Shown piece by piece: positions 31,113 through 40,200 of a stretch of 64,000 bases of DNA (its first letter is position 1; each line of letters starts with the position of its first letter). The DNA lies in NCBI GenBank assembly GCA_035638695.1, contig DASQZM010000016.1, positions 24,035 through 88,034 on the forward strand, given 5' to 3'. Under the pieces are notes generated by a model. It did no database searches. It worked only from the letters and a program-made list of their open reading frames with translations, and was not told the origin of the DNA. This DNA is from Gammaproteobacteria bacterium (GTDB lineage Bacteria; Pseudomonadota; Gammaproteobacteria; UBA5335; SLRW01). A program made the position numbers and the translations under genes.

Positions 31113-32075
31113 TCACGACCCCTGGCCGGGACTGGCATAGACGGTGCCCTTCGCCGAGGCCTGGTCATCACCCGCGAGAAAGCGCCACTCGTAGGCGAAA
31201 TGGATGGTGCGGGCATCCTTGCGCATGGCTCGGGAGAACGGGGCGAACGGCGCCGCCAGGTGCAGGATGCGCAGCACCGCGCGGTCCAGCACCTTGTGCT
31301 GCGACGGCTTGATGATCCGCACGCTGCGCAGGCTCCCGTCCGCGTTCACGGCCACCTCGACCGTCACCGCGCCCGAGAGTCTCTCGCGTGCTGCCTGGTC
31401 CGGAAAGTGAAGGTTGCCCACCTGCTCGACCTTCCGCCGCCAGCTCGAAAGGTAGGGGGCGTACACGCTGGAGCGGGTGTTGACCGAGACGAACTTGTCC
31501 CGAGGGTCGCGGCTGCTGGCGCGGGCGGTCCGGGTGCGAGCGTCGGTCGAACGCCGATCCGGACGGCTGCGCTCGACCAGGCGGGACAAGTGGAGCACAT
31601 GGGGGCCGGTGCTGCTCACCGCGCGGGCGGCGCTGGGCGCCGAGCGTGATGATCGCAGCGCCGTCACCAGTTGCCGCGCCACGTGGGTGGGCGAGGCCTG
31701 CGTGGTGTCCGGGTCGAGCTGGGGGATGTTCGCCGGGGTGGCGAAGGCCAGGTCCGCGGCGCCGGGCAGGCCGGCGTGGTTCATCGCTGCCAGCGTCGCC
31801 ATGGCGCTGCGTGGACGGACGTGCCGCCGGGTATTGCCGTTGCCGCGCTGATCGATCTGGGCGAGATAATCGGGATGGCTGGGTCGCGTGGTCTGTCTGC
31901 CCGTCACCAGTGTCACCTCCAGCCGTGACTGCAGTGGCCGGTCGAAGACCTTCGAGGAGAACCCGATGCCGAGGATGATGATGCCATGCACCAGCGCGGC
32001 GAAGAACAGGGTGGTCGCCAGCCGGTCGCGGCTGGTGATCTCGCCATCCGCCATGGCGGGCGACGGACTGTTCAT
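31113..32075 (-). CDS. TonB-family energy-transducer-like protein
   Basis: N-terminal TM helix (LATTLFFAALVHGIIILGIGF), a long linker and a C-terminal TonB_C-like region (YPDQAARERLSGAVTVEVAVNADGSLRSVRIIKPS). It occupies the position of the tonB3-like gene between algH-like and gshB in Pseudomonas. Track start at 32117 is the alternative. Confidence 0.7.
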   Translation of the reverse strand: MNSPSPAMADGEITSRDRLATTLFFAALVHGIIILGIGFSSKVFDRPLQSRLEVTLVTGRQTTRPSHPDYLAQIDQRGNGNTRRHVRPRSAMATLAAMNHAGLPGAADLAFATPANIPQLDPDTTQASPTHVARQLVTALRSSRSAPSAARAVSSTGPHVLHLSRLVERSRPDRRSTDARTRTARASSRDPRDKFVSVNTRSSVYAPYLSSWRRKVEQVGNLHFPDQAARERLSGAVTVEVAVNADGSLRSVRIIKPSQHKVLDRAVLRILHLAAPFAPFSRAMRKDARTIHFAYEWRFLAGDDQASAKGTVYASPGQGS

Positions 32076-32174
32076 GCGATCCCCCGGGTCCACTGCCACA
32101 AAGTCTATACTCTGCAAAGGCCGCGCAGGAACCGCGCGTCGTCAATACGGCGCCGCGTGGCGGCCCGGGCCATG

Positions 32175-33140
32175 TCAGCCTTCACGCCGGTCCCGGGCGA
32201 GCCGGCCGGCAACCGCGTCCATCAGCGTACCGGCGATGTTGATGTCGTACTGGGTGTCCAGCTCGCGCACGCAGGTGGGGCTGGTAACGTTGATCTCGGT
32301 GAGGTAGTCGCCGATCACGTCGAGCCCGACGAACATCAGGCCCTTGCCACGTGCAATCGGGGCCACCTGCTCGCAGATCCAGCGGTCGCGCCGGGTGAGC
32401 GGGCGTCCCTCGCCGCGTCCGCCCGCGGCCAGGTTGCCGCGTAATTCGCCGGCCGCCGGAATGCGGGCGAGTGAGTAGGGTACCGGCTCGCCGTCGATCA
32501 GCAGGATGCGCTTGTCGCCGTCCGTGATTTCCGGCAGATAGCGCTGGGCCATGGCGAAACGCTGGCCGCGGCCGGTGAGGGTCTCCAGAATCACGCTGGT
32601 ATTCGGATCCCCGGTGCGGACCCGGAATATCGAGGTTCCGCCCATCCCGTCCAGCGGCTTGACGATGATGTCGCCGTGCTCGCCCAGGAACTCGCGCATA
32701 CGCTGCATGCTGCTGGAGATCAGCGTGGGCGGGCAGCACTGGGGAAACCAGGCGGTGTAGACCTTTTCGCTCACGTCGCGCAGGGCCGCGGGACGGTTGA
32801 CCACCAGCACCCCCTCGTCCTCGGCGCGTTCGAGCACGTAGGTCGAATAGATGTACTCCAGGTCGAAGGGTGGATCCTTGCGCATCAGGATCACGCCGAG
32901 CTCCGCGAGCGGGCCGTCGTATTCCTCCCCGAAGGAGAACCAGTTGGCGTTGTCGTCGGCCACCGACAGCCGGCGCCGGCGCGCCCTGGGTTCGCCGTGC
33001 CGCAGGTACAGGTCAGCCGGCTCCATATACTCGATTATCCAGTCCCGCCGCTGGCATTCGAGCAGCATCGCCAGCGTCGTGTCCTTCCACGGCTTGATGC
33101 CGCCGATGGGATCCATTACCACCCCGACCGTGATGCTCAT
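32175..33140 (-). CDS. gshB: glutathione synthetase
   Basis: MSITVGVVMDPIGGIKPWKDTTLAMLLECQRR and ATP-grasp blocks (IVKPLDGMGGTSIFR, NLAAGGRGE). Confidence 0.92.
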   Translation of the reverse strand: MSITVGVVMDPIGGIKPWKDTTLAMLLECQRRDWIIEYMEPADLYLRHGEPRARRRRLSVADDNANWFSFGEEYDGPLAELGVILMRKDPPFDLEYIYSTYVLERAEDEGVLVVNRPAALRDVSEKVYTAWFPQCCPPTLISSSMQRMREFLGEHGDIIVKPLDGMGGTSIFRVRTGDPNTSVILETLTGRGQRFAMAQRYLPEITDGDKRILLIDGEPVPYSLARIPAAGELRGNLAAGGRGEGRPLTRRDRWICEQVAPIARGKGLMFVGLDVIGDYLTEINVTSPTCVRELDTQYDINIAGTLMDAVAGRLARDRREG

Positions 33141-33593
33141 GTCAGGAACCGCTCCAGTGCCTCGGTCGCGCGGTCCGACCGCCGGCGCCCAAATGCGCCT
33201 CGGACGGTGCTTGACCGGTGTATTCGGGGGGTATCATAAACCTCGCCGGGAGAGGTATGGTAATAACCGGCATCATAAAAGCGTCCGCAGGTGTCCGGAC
33301 GCATGGAACTCGAACTCAAGGTGTGGTACAAGATTCGAAACTTTGAGAAAACCCGGCATTTATGGGCACCAGTTGAGGTGCTTTGACAAGGAATGCAGGG
33401 CAGGCGCGTCCCGTATGGAGGGACGCCGGGGTTTCGGATCGCCCGGCTGCCCGATAAGTGCCCGCCACACGCGCAAGGGGTCAAGGTCTTGGAGAAGCTA
33501 GCCGCATACGCCGAACATCCTTCCGCGCAGGCCGCCTCGGTCGTTGCGCGACGAGCCATCAGTAGCGCGCCGCTGCACGAGGGTCGCGCGGCC

Positions 33594-34001
33594 GTGCCCC
33601 CCGCCAACGGCACTGGTGGTGCCGGCGACCTGCACGGGCTGAAGGTGATGGTCATCGATGACAGCAAGACCATCCGGCGCACGGCCGAGACCCTCCTGGA
33701 GAAGGAGGGCTGCGAGGTCGTCGCGGCCAGCGACGGTTACGAGGCCCTGGCCAAGGTCGCGGATCATCGACCGGACATGATATTCGTCGACATCATGATG
33801 CCGCGGCTCGACGGCTATCAGACCTGCGCGCTGATCAAGCAGAACAAGGCCTTCCGTCGCATTCCCGTCATCCTGCTCTCGAGCAAGGACGGCCTGTTTG
33901 ATCGCGCCCGCGGGCGCATCGTCGGATCGGAGCAGTATCTCACCAAGCCGTTCACGCGGGACGAGTTGATCGAGACGATCCGAAACTACATACGGAAGTA
34001 G
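33594..34001 (+). CDS. pilG: CheY-like response regulator PilG
   Basis: GLKVMVIDDSKTIRRTAETLL...FVDIMMPRLDGYQTCALIK...YLTKPF is near-colinear with P. aeruginosa PilG as I recall it. In-frame GTG at 33594 (GAGGG 10 nt upstream) gives 135 aa. The track start at 33393 would add 67 non-conserved residues. Confidence 0.8.
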   Translation: MPPANGTGGAGDLHGLKVMVIDDSKTIRRTAETLLEKEGCEVVAASDGYEALAKVADHRPDMIFVDIMMPRLDGYQTCALIKQNKAFRRIPVILLSSKDGLFDRARGRIVGSEQYLTKPFTRDELIETIRNYIRK

Positions 34002-34091
34002 AACTGCCGAGGTCTCCCCGGGATCCCCGGTGTCCCCGGGCGGTGCCGAGAAAACGGCGGTCTGGCAGATTCTTTGATGGGGGATCCAGCC

Positions 34092-34454
34092 ATGCCAAAA
34101 ATACTAATAGTCGATGACTCGCCCACCGAGGTCTACCTCCTGCAGAACATGGTGGAGAAACACGGCTTCGAAACCGTGGTCGCCAACAGCGGTGAGGAGG
34201 GGATCCAACAGGCGATCGAAACCAGGCCTGACGCGATCATCATGGACATCGTGATGCCGGGAATGAGCGGTTTCCAGGCCACCCGGCGCCTGAGCAAGGA
34301 CGCTCAGACTGCCAATATTCCCGTGGTCATCGTGACGACCAAGGACCAGGAAACCGACCGGATCTGGGGCCTGCGCCAGGGCGCCGTCGATTACATCATG
34401 AAGCCGGTGAAGGAGCAGGAGCTCGTCGACAAGCTGCGCGCCGCGATCGGCTGA
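34092..34454 (+). CDS. pilH: CheY-like response regulator PilH
   Basis: MPKILIVDDSPTE...MDIVMPGMSGFQATRRL...VIVTTKDQETDRIWGLRQGA matches the PilH pattern. Confidence 0.88.
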   Translation: MPKILIVDDSPTEVYLLQNMVEKHGFETVVANSGEEGIQQAIETRPDAIIMDIVMPGMSGFQATRRLSKDAQTANIPVVIVTTKDQETDRIWGLRQGAVDYIMKPVKEQELVDKLRAAIG

Positions 34455-34466
34455 GGTGCTGCGCGC

Positions 34467-35036
34467 ATGACGGGACTGGCCCGGTTCGCCGACGATCCGT
34501 TTCGTGCCCTGCAGGAGATCGAGCACCGGAGCCGGCAGGTGTCCGGACGGATCGGCAGCAGCGTTGCGGGCGCGCGCGGCGAATGGGTTGGCCTGGGGTT
34601 CCGTTTTGGCAGGTACCGCTTTGCCGCACCACGGGACGAGGTCCGCGAAGTCCTGGTCTGCCCGCCGCTGACCCGGGTCCCGGGCGCCAAGTCGTGGCTG
34701 CGGGGCGTGGGAAACCTCCGCGGTACCCTGCTCCCGGTGACCGACCTCGCGTACCTCACGGAGGGACGGGCGACCGCTCTGCGCGGGCGCACCGCCCGGG
34801 TCATCGTGCTGCGGCATCCGTCCTTCGCCGCCGGCTTCCTGGTGGAGGAAGTGTTCGGATTCCAGCAGTTCATCGCCGACCAGGCGGTGGAGCCGCCGGC
34901 GGACCTGCCGGAGCCCTGTCGCGAGTTCGTTACCGGGGCTTATCGCCAGGAGAACGTCTGGCCGGTCATCAGCCTGCACGCGCTGGCGGACAGCCCGGCG
35001 TTCCAGAACGCGGCAGACCGGGAGTACCTGATGTGA
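34467..35036 (+). CDS. pilI: CheW-like coupling protein PilI
   Basis: 189-aa CheW-domain protein between pilH and pilJ. Confidence 0.8.
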   Translation: MTGLARFADDPFRALQEIEHRSRQVSGRIGSSVAGARGEWVGLGFRFGRYRFAAPRDEVREVLVCPPLTRVPGAKSWLRGVGNLRGTLLPVTDLAYLTEGRATALRGRTARVIVLRHPSFAAGFLVEEVFGFQQFIADQAVEPPADLPEPCREFVTGAYRQENVWPVISLHALADSPAFQNAADREYLM

Positions 35037-35134
35037 CGAACACGAGGGACCGGACCGGGGGTGGGCTTCGTGATCGCGCGCCGTGCCGTGGACCAGGCCA
35101 CGGCGGAGTGCGGGTCGTCGGGTAAGGAGAAGCA

Positions 35135-37165
35135 ATGGCAACCGCGAAGAAGAACAAAACCGGTGCGGGGGGACGTTCCAACCGGCGGTTTATCGTGCTG
35201 CTGGTCCTTCTGGCGCTCTCGGTCGCCGGCAGCGCCGTGATCTTTGCCTACCTCGGGTCGGTCCAGGGCCATGATAAGAAATACCTCGAGATCACGCGCC
35301 AGCAGAGCCGCCTGAGCGACCGCATCAGCCGTTATGCGATGCTGGCAGTACGCGGTCGGGTCTCCGATCCGGATGCGGGCACCGGCCCGTTCCAGGCGCT
35401 GCTCAGCGCCAAGACCGCTTTCAGTCACGACATGGTGATTCTGCAGCACGGTGATCCCGCCCGGGGCCTGCCCGCCGCGCCGGCAGCGACACGCCCCGCC
35501 ATCGGGAAGGTGCGCGGGCTTTGGCGAAAACTCGACCGGCATCTGCAGGTCATCCTGAGTGGGCGCGGCTACCTGCCCAAGGCGCACGGTTACGCCGCGA
35601 CGCTGGACAAGCTGCTGCCCGGGATGGGGTCAAAGCTCCTGGGCTTGGCCGGCCAGGCCCACGGCAGTCGCGCCCGCGTGCTCGAGCGGCAGGTAGTGCG
35701 GGTGCAGCGGATCAACCAGCAGATCGACGCGCTGGTCCACGCCGGGGGTGGCCGCACACCGTCCGGCAAGCAGCTCAAGCAGTCCATCGGCACTCTCGGC
35801 ACCTCGCTCCAGGAGCTTAGCCACGGGAATCCCTCGAAGGAACTCACGGCGCCCGCCAGCGCCCGGGAGCGTCAGGCCCTGGATGCTCTGCTCGGGGACT
35901 ACCAGAAGCTGTCCGGGCAGGGAGGATACATCGCTGCTCACGCGGATGGCCTGGTCAAGGCGCAGCAGGCGCTCGCGGGGCTCGCGATCGAGCCCCTGCA
36001 GAACGCGCTGGCACAGCAGGAACAGGCGTTCCGCGAGGTGATGCGGGATCGTCCCGTGAAGGCGACCTACGGGCTGGCTTTGGCGGCGCTGGCCGCGGTG
36101 CTTCTGGTCATGGCCATCTATAGCATGACGTCGCAGATCCGCCGCTTGCTGCGCAACGCGCGGGAGCAGAACAGCCGTAACCAGGACGCCATCCTGCAGC
36201 TGCTGGACGAAATGGGCACCCTCGCGGAGGGCGACCTGACCGTGCAGGCGAGTGTGAGCGAGGACATCACGGGGGCCATCGCCGACTCCATCAACTACGC
36301 CATCGAAGCACTGCGCGACCTGGTGACGACCATCAACACGACGGCGGAACGGGTCGCGACCGCCGCCTCCGAGTCCCGGGACAACGCCAGCCGGCTGATT
36401 CGGGCCAGCGAGCAGCAGAGCGGGCAGATCAACGCCACCAGCGGCGCCATCGAAAACATGGCGCATTCCATTGGCCAGGTATCCGAGAACGCCCAGCGCT
36501 CGGCCAAGGTGGCGCAGCAGTCGGTGCAGACGGCGGCCAAGGGCGGCACCGCAGTACGCCGCACCATCGAGGGCATGGACAGCATTCGCGAGCAGATCCA
36601 GGAGACCTCCAAGCGCATCAAACGCCTCGGCGAGAGCTCCCAGGAGATCGGAAACATCGTCGAGCTGATCAACGACATCGCCGAGCAGACCAACATCCTG
36701 GCCCTGAACGCGGCCATCCAGGCGTCGGCTGCCGGGGAGCAGGGTCGCGGATTCGCGGTCGTGGCCGACGAAGTCCAGCGGCTGGCGGAGCGTTCGACCA
36801 ATGCGACCAAGCAGATCGAGGCACTGGTCCGGACGATCCAGGCGGATACCAACGAAGCAGTGACCTCGATGGAGAACAGCACTTCCGGCGTGGTGGCCGG
36901 CGCCAAGCTGGCCGAGGATGCGGGCAACGCGCTGGACGAGATCGAAAGGGTGTCGAACCAGATAGCGAGCCTGGTACAGAGTATCTCGGATGCGGCGCGC
37001 CAGCAGTCCCGGCAGGCCGCGGAAGTGACCAGCAACATGACCCAGATCCAGAAGGTTACGCAGGAGACGGCAGAGGGCACCCGCGAGACCGGGGACGCAA
37101 TCGGCCGGCTTGCGGAGCTGGCTACGGAGCTGCGCGAGTCCGTGGCAGGGTTCAAGCTGCCATGA
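35135..37165 (+). CDS. pilJ: methyl-accepting chemotaxis-type receptor PilJ
   Basis: 676 aa. N-terminal TM, periplasmic region, second TM and HAMP. Highly conserved MCP signalling tip EIGNIVELINDIAEQTNILALNAAIQASAAGEQGRGFAVVADEVQRLAERS. Confidence 0.9.
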   Translation: MATAKKNKTGAGGRSNRRFIVLLVLLALSVAGSAVIFAYLGSVQGHDKKYLEITRQQSRLSDRISRYAMLAVRGRVSDPDAGTGPFQALLSAKTAFSHDMVILQHGDPARGLPAAPAATRPAIGKVRGLWRKLDRHLQVILSGRGYLPKAHGYAATLDKLLPGMGSKLLGLAGQAHGSRARVLERQVVRVQRINQQIDALVHAGGGRTPSGKQLKQSIGTLGTSLQELSHGNPSKELTAPASARERQALDALLGDYQKLSGQGGYIAAHADGLVKAQQALAGLAIEPLQNALAQQEQAFREVMRDRPVKATYGLALAALAAVLLVMAIYSMTSQIRRLLRNAREQNSRNQDAILQLLDEMGTLAEGDLTVQASVSEDITGAIADSINYAIEALRDLVTTINTTAERVATAASESRDNASRLIRASEQQSGQINATSGAIENMAHSIGQVSENAQRSAKVAQQSVQTAAKGGTAVRRTIEGMDSIREQIQETSKRIKRLGESSQEIGNIVELINDIAEQTNILALNAAIQASAAGEQGRGFAVVADEVQRLAERSTNATKQIEALVRTIQADTNEAVTSMENSTSGVVAGAKLAEDAGNALDEIERVSNQIASLVQSISDAARQQSRQAAEVTSNMTQIQKVTQETAEGTRETGDAIGRLAELATELRESVAGFKLP

Positions 37166-37241
37166 GCGCCGGTGCGCGCCGGACAACGTAAGAGGCGATC
37201 GGGCCCGCTTCCCGCCGGGGGTGGACCGGAGTTTAGGGCCT

Positions 37242-40200
37242 ATGATGAAGCAGTCGGTTTCCGACTCCCTGCAATGGGTCAAAACGCAGCTCGATCAGTC
37301 GTTGCTGGCGGCCCGCAACGAGCTCGAGGCGTACGTGGACTCGCCCGAGGACGCATCGCCGCTGGAACGCTGCGCCGACGAGCTGCACCAGGTCGCCGGA
37401 ACGCTCGCGATGCTGGAGCTGACCGGTCCGCTCCTGATCACGCGGGAGCTGGAGTTTCTGCTGCAGCAGCTGCGTGGCGGCAACGCGCCAGAGACGGTCT
37501 ACGAGCCGATGCTCGCGGCGCTGATGGTGCTGCCGCACTACCTCGACCGGCTGCTGCACGGCCAGACCGATCTGCCGCTGCTGCTGCTGCCCCAGCTCAA
37601 CGGGCTGCGCACGGCTGCCGGCAAGCGCGCGCTTTCCGAGATCGACCTGTTCATCGAGACCCTGCCCGGCCTGCCGGACAATGACTACCTGCCACCCGAG
37701 GCCGTCAGCGGCGATCCCGCGGCAGAGGCCCGGCGACAGCGCGGGGTGTTCCAGTCCGCTCTCCTGCGGTGGATGAAGGACCCCACCGCAGAGCAGCACC
37801 TGCAGCGCATGCTGGACGCCATGGCGCGGATGCAGGGGGTGACCGCCGATCAGGACGCGTACCGGCTCTGGGGTGCCGCCGCGGCGGTGATCGAGGCGCT
37901 CAAGGACCGGGGGCTGGAAGCGGACAACACGCTCAAGCAGCTGCTCGGCCGGGTGGATCGGCAGCTCAAGCAGGTCGCCGATACGGGGCGGGCGCACGAG
38001 CCCGAGCGGCTGTTTTTGTCCCTGCTCTACTTTGCCGGCCGGGCCCGCTCGAGCGGTCAGCGCCTGCGGTATCTGTACGATGCCTTCGGGCTGGCCGAGC
38101 TGGTCCCGGATCCCGAGGAGCTCGAGCGGGCCCGCCAGGCCATGGCGGGGCCCGACGCGGAGCTGATCGGCAGCGTCTCGCGCGCGATCCGGGAAGACCT
38201 GGTAAGCGTCAAGGAGGCACTGGACGTGTTCCTGCGCGTCGAGGCCGCCCCCACGGACGAGCTGGCGCCGCTGGTGGAAACCCTCGCACGCGTCGCCAAC
38301 ACCCTCGGCATGATCAACATGCGGGGCATGGAGGAGCTGGTTGACGAGCAGGCCGCCGCGCTTAAGGCCATCACCGACGGGGAGGAAGAGGCGAGCGACG
38401 CCGGCCTGCTCGAGATTGCGCGCAATCTGCTCAACGTCGAGAGCCGCCTGGAAAGCGACGTGCTCCGTGACATCGAGCCCGGCGAGAGCGACTCGCAGGA
38501 GCCGCACGGCGTCGATCTCGAAATCGGCCGGGCCGTGTTCCGCGAATCGATCCGCAACCTGGCGCGCGTCAAGGAGAGCCTGACAGAGTTTCTCGAGCAG
38601 GAAGGAGACGTTTCCCTCGTGCGGGAAGCGATCCAGCTGCTGCACGAGATCGAGGCCAGCCTGGCGATGCTGGAGCTGGACCGTCCGGGAAAACTGCTCG
38701 GAGCCCTGCGCCAGTACTTGGCATACGAGATACTCGAGCGTGGGCACACGCCCGGCAGTGCCACCCTGGAGATCATCGCGGACGCCGTCATCAGCGTCGA
38801 GTATTACCTGGAGGCCCTGCGGGAGGGCCGCACCAGCCCCGAGAGCATTCTTGACACTACCGAGGGCTACGTCGACCTGCTGCAGGAGGAGCCCACGGGA
38901 GACTGGACCGCCACGGCGGTCGAAGCGGGCATCGGCGTACCGGCAGACGCGGCTCCGGAACAGGGCCACCAGGAGCCGCCGGAGCAGGCCGGCGGGGAGG
39001 AGCCGTCCTCCCGGGAAGAGCGCCCCGCCGTCGCCGAGGGGCAGGAGAATACGCACCGGGTACCGCCGGTGACGCCGCCCCAGGACGACGTCGACGAGGA
39101 GATCGTGGACATCTTCCTGGAAGAGGCGGAAGAGGTCCTGGAAACGTTCTCGGAGTTCGTGCCCCGCTGGCGCAACAACCCTGGTGACAACGAGGCCCTG
39201 GTCACCGTGCGGCGGGGTTTCCACACGCTCAAGGGCAGCGGCCGCATGGTTGGCGCCGAGTTCATGGGCGAGTTCGCATGGTCGATCGAGAACATGCTCA
39301 ACCGGGTGATCGATCAGACCGTGCAGCGCAGCGACGAGATCGTCGCGCTCATCGGCGAGGCTGTGGCCGCCCTACCCGAGCTGCTGCAGCAGCTGCGCGA
39401 CGGGACGCCGCCGCAGACGGACGTGCTGGGAATCATTGCGCGCGCTTACGAGATCGCCCAGCCGGGAAGCGCCGAGGCCGCGCGCGCTGCCGAGGCTGCG
39501 GGCAAGGCTCTGCACGGAACCGGGAGCACCGGGCCGGCAGAAGCCGGCGCGCCCGTGGACATTGGTGAGGAACCGCCGGAGCCCCCCGAGGGGCAGGAGC
39601 GGCCCGTAGAAGAAGCCGCCGGCGTCACAGACAAGGAAGCAGAGCCTGCCCGGGAACCCGGGGCCACGCAGATCGGCGCGGAGGCGGGCGAGGAAGCGCG
39701 AGAGCCGCCCCGGGAAGAGCCGGGAGTGGAGCAGACGGAAGGCACCGCAACGGAGCCGCGGGAGCCAGGAGCAGAAACCGGCGAGGAGGCCGCCGCGGCG
39801 CCGGAGACCGGCTCCGGCGGGCCCCGCATGGACTCCGTGCTGTACGAGATCTTCAGCAAGGAATGCGGTGGGCACCTCCAGACCGTCGACGCCTGCCTGC
39901 AGGCTGCCCGCGAGGGCGAGGAGGCGGATACGGTCGGCGACGACCTGATCCGCGCCCTGCACACGTTGCACGGCAGCGCCAACATGGCCGAGGCCACGGG
40001 GATCGCCGAGCTTGCCCGCCGGCTGGAGCATCTGGCCAAGGCGATGCACAACAAGCGCATGACGCTGGCCGGGGAGACGGAGTCCCTGTTTCGCACCAGC
40101 ACCGACGCGGTCCGCGACATCCTTGCGGCGCTGGGCGACAGCTCCGTGCCGATGCCGGATCACAGCGAGCTGTGGGCGCGGATCGAGGCCTACGAGCGCG

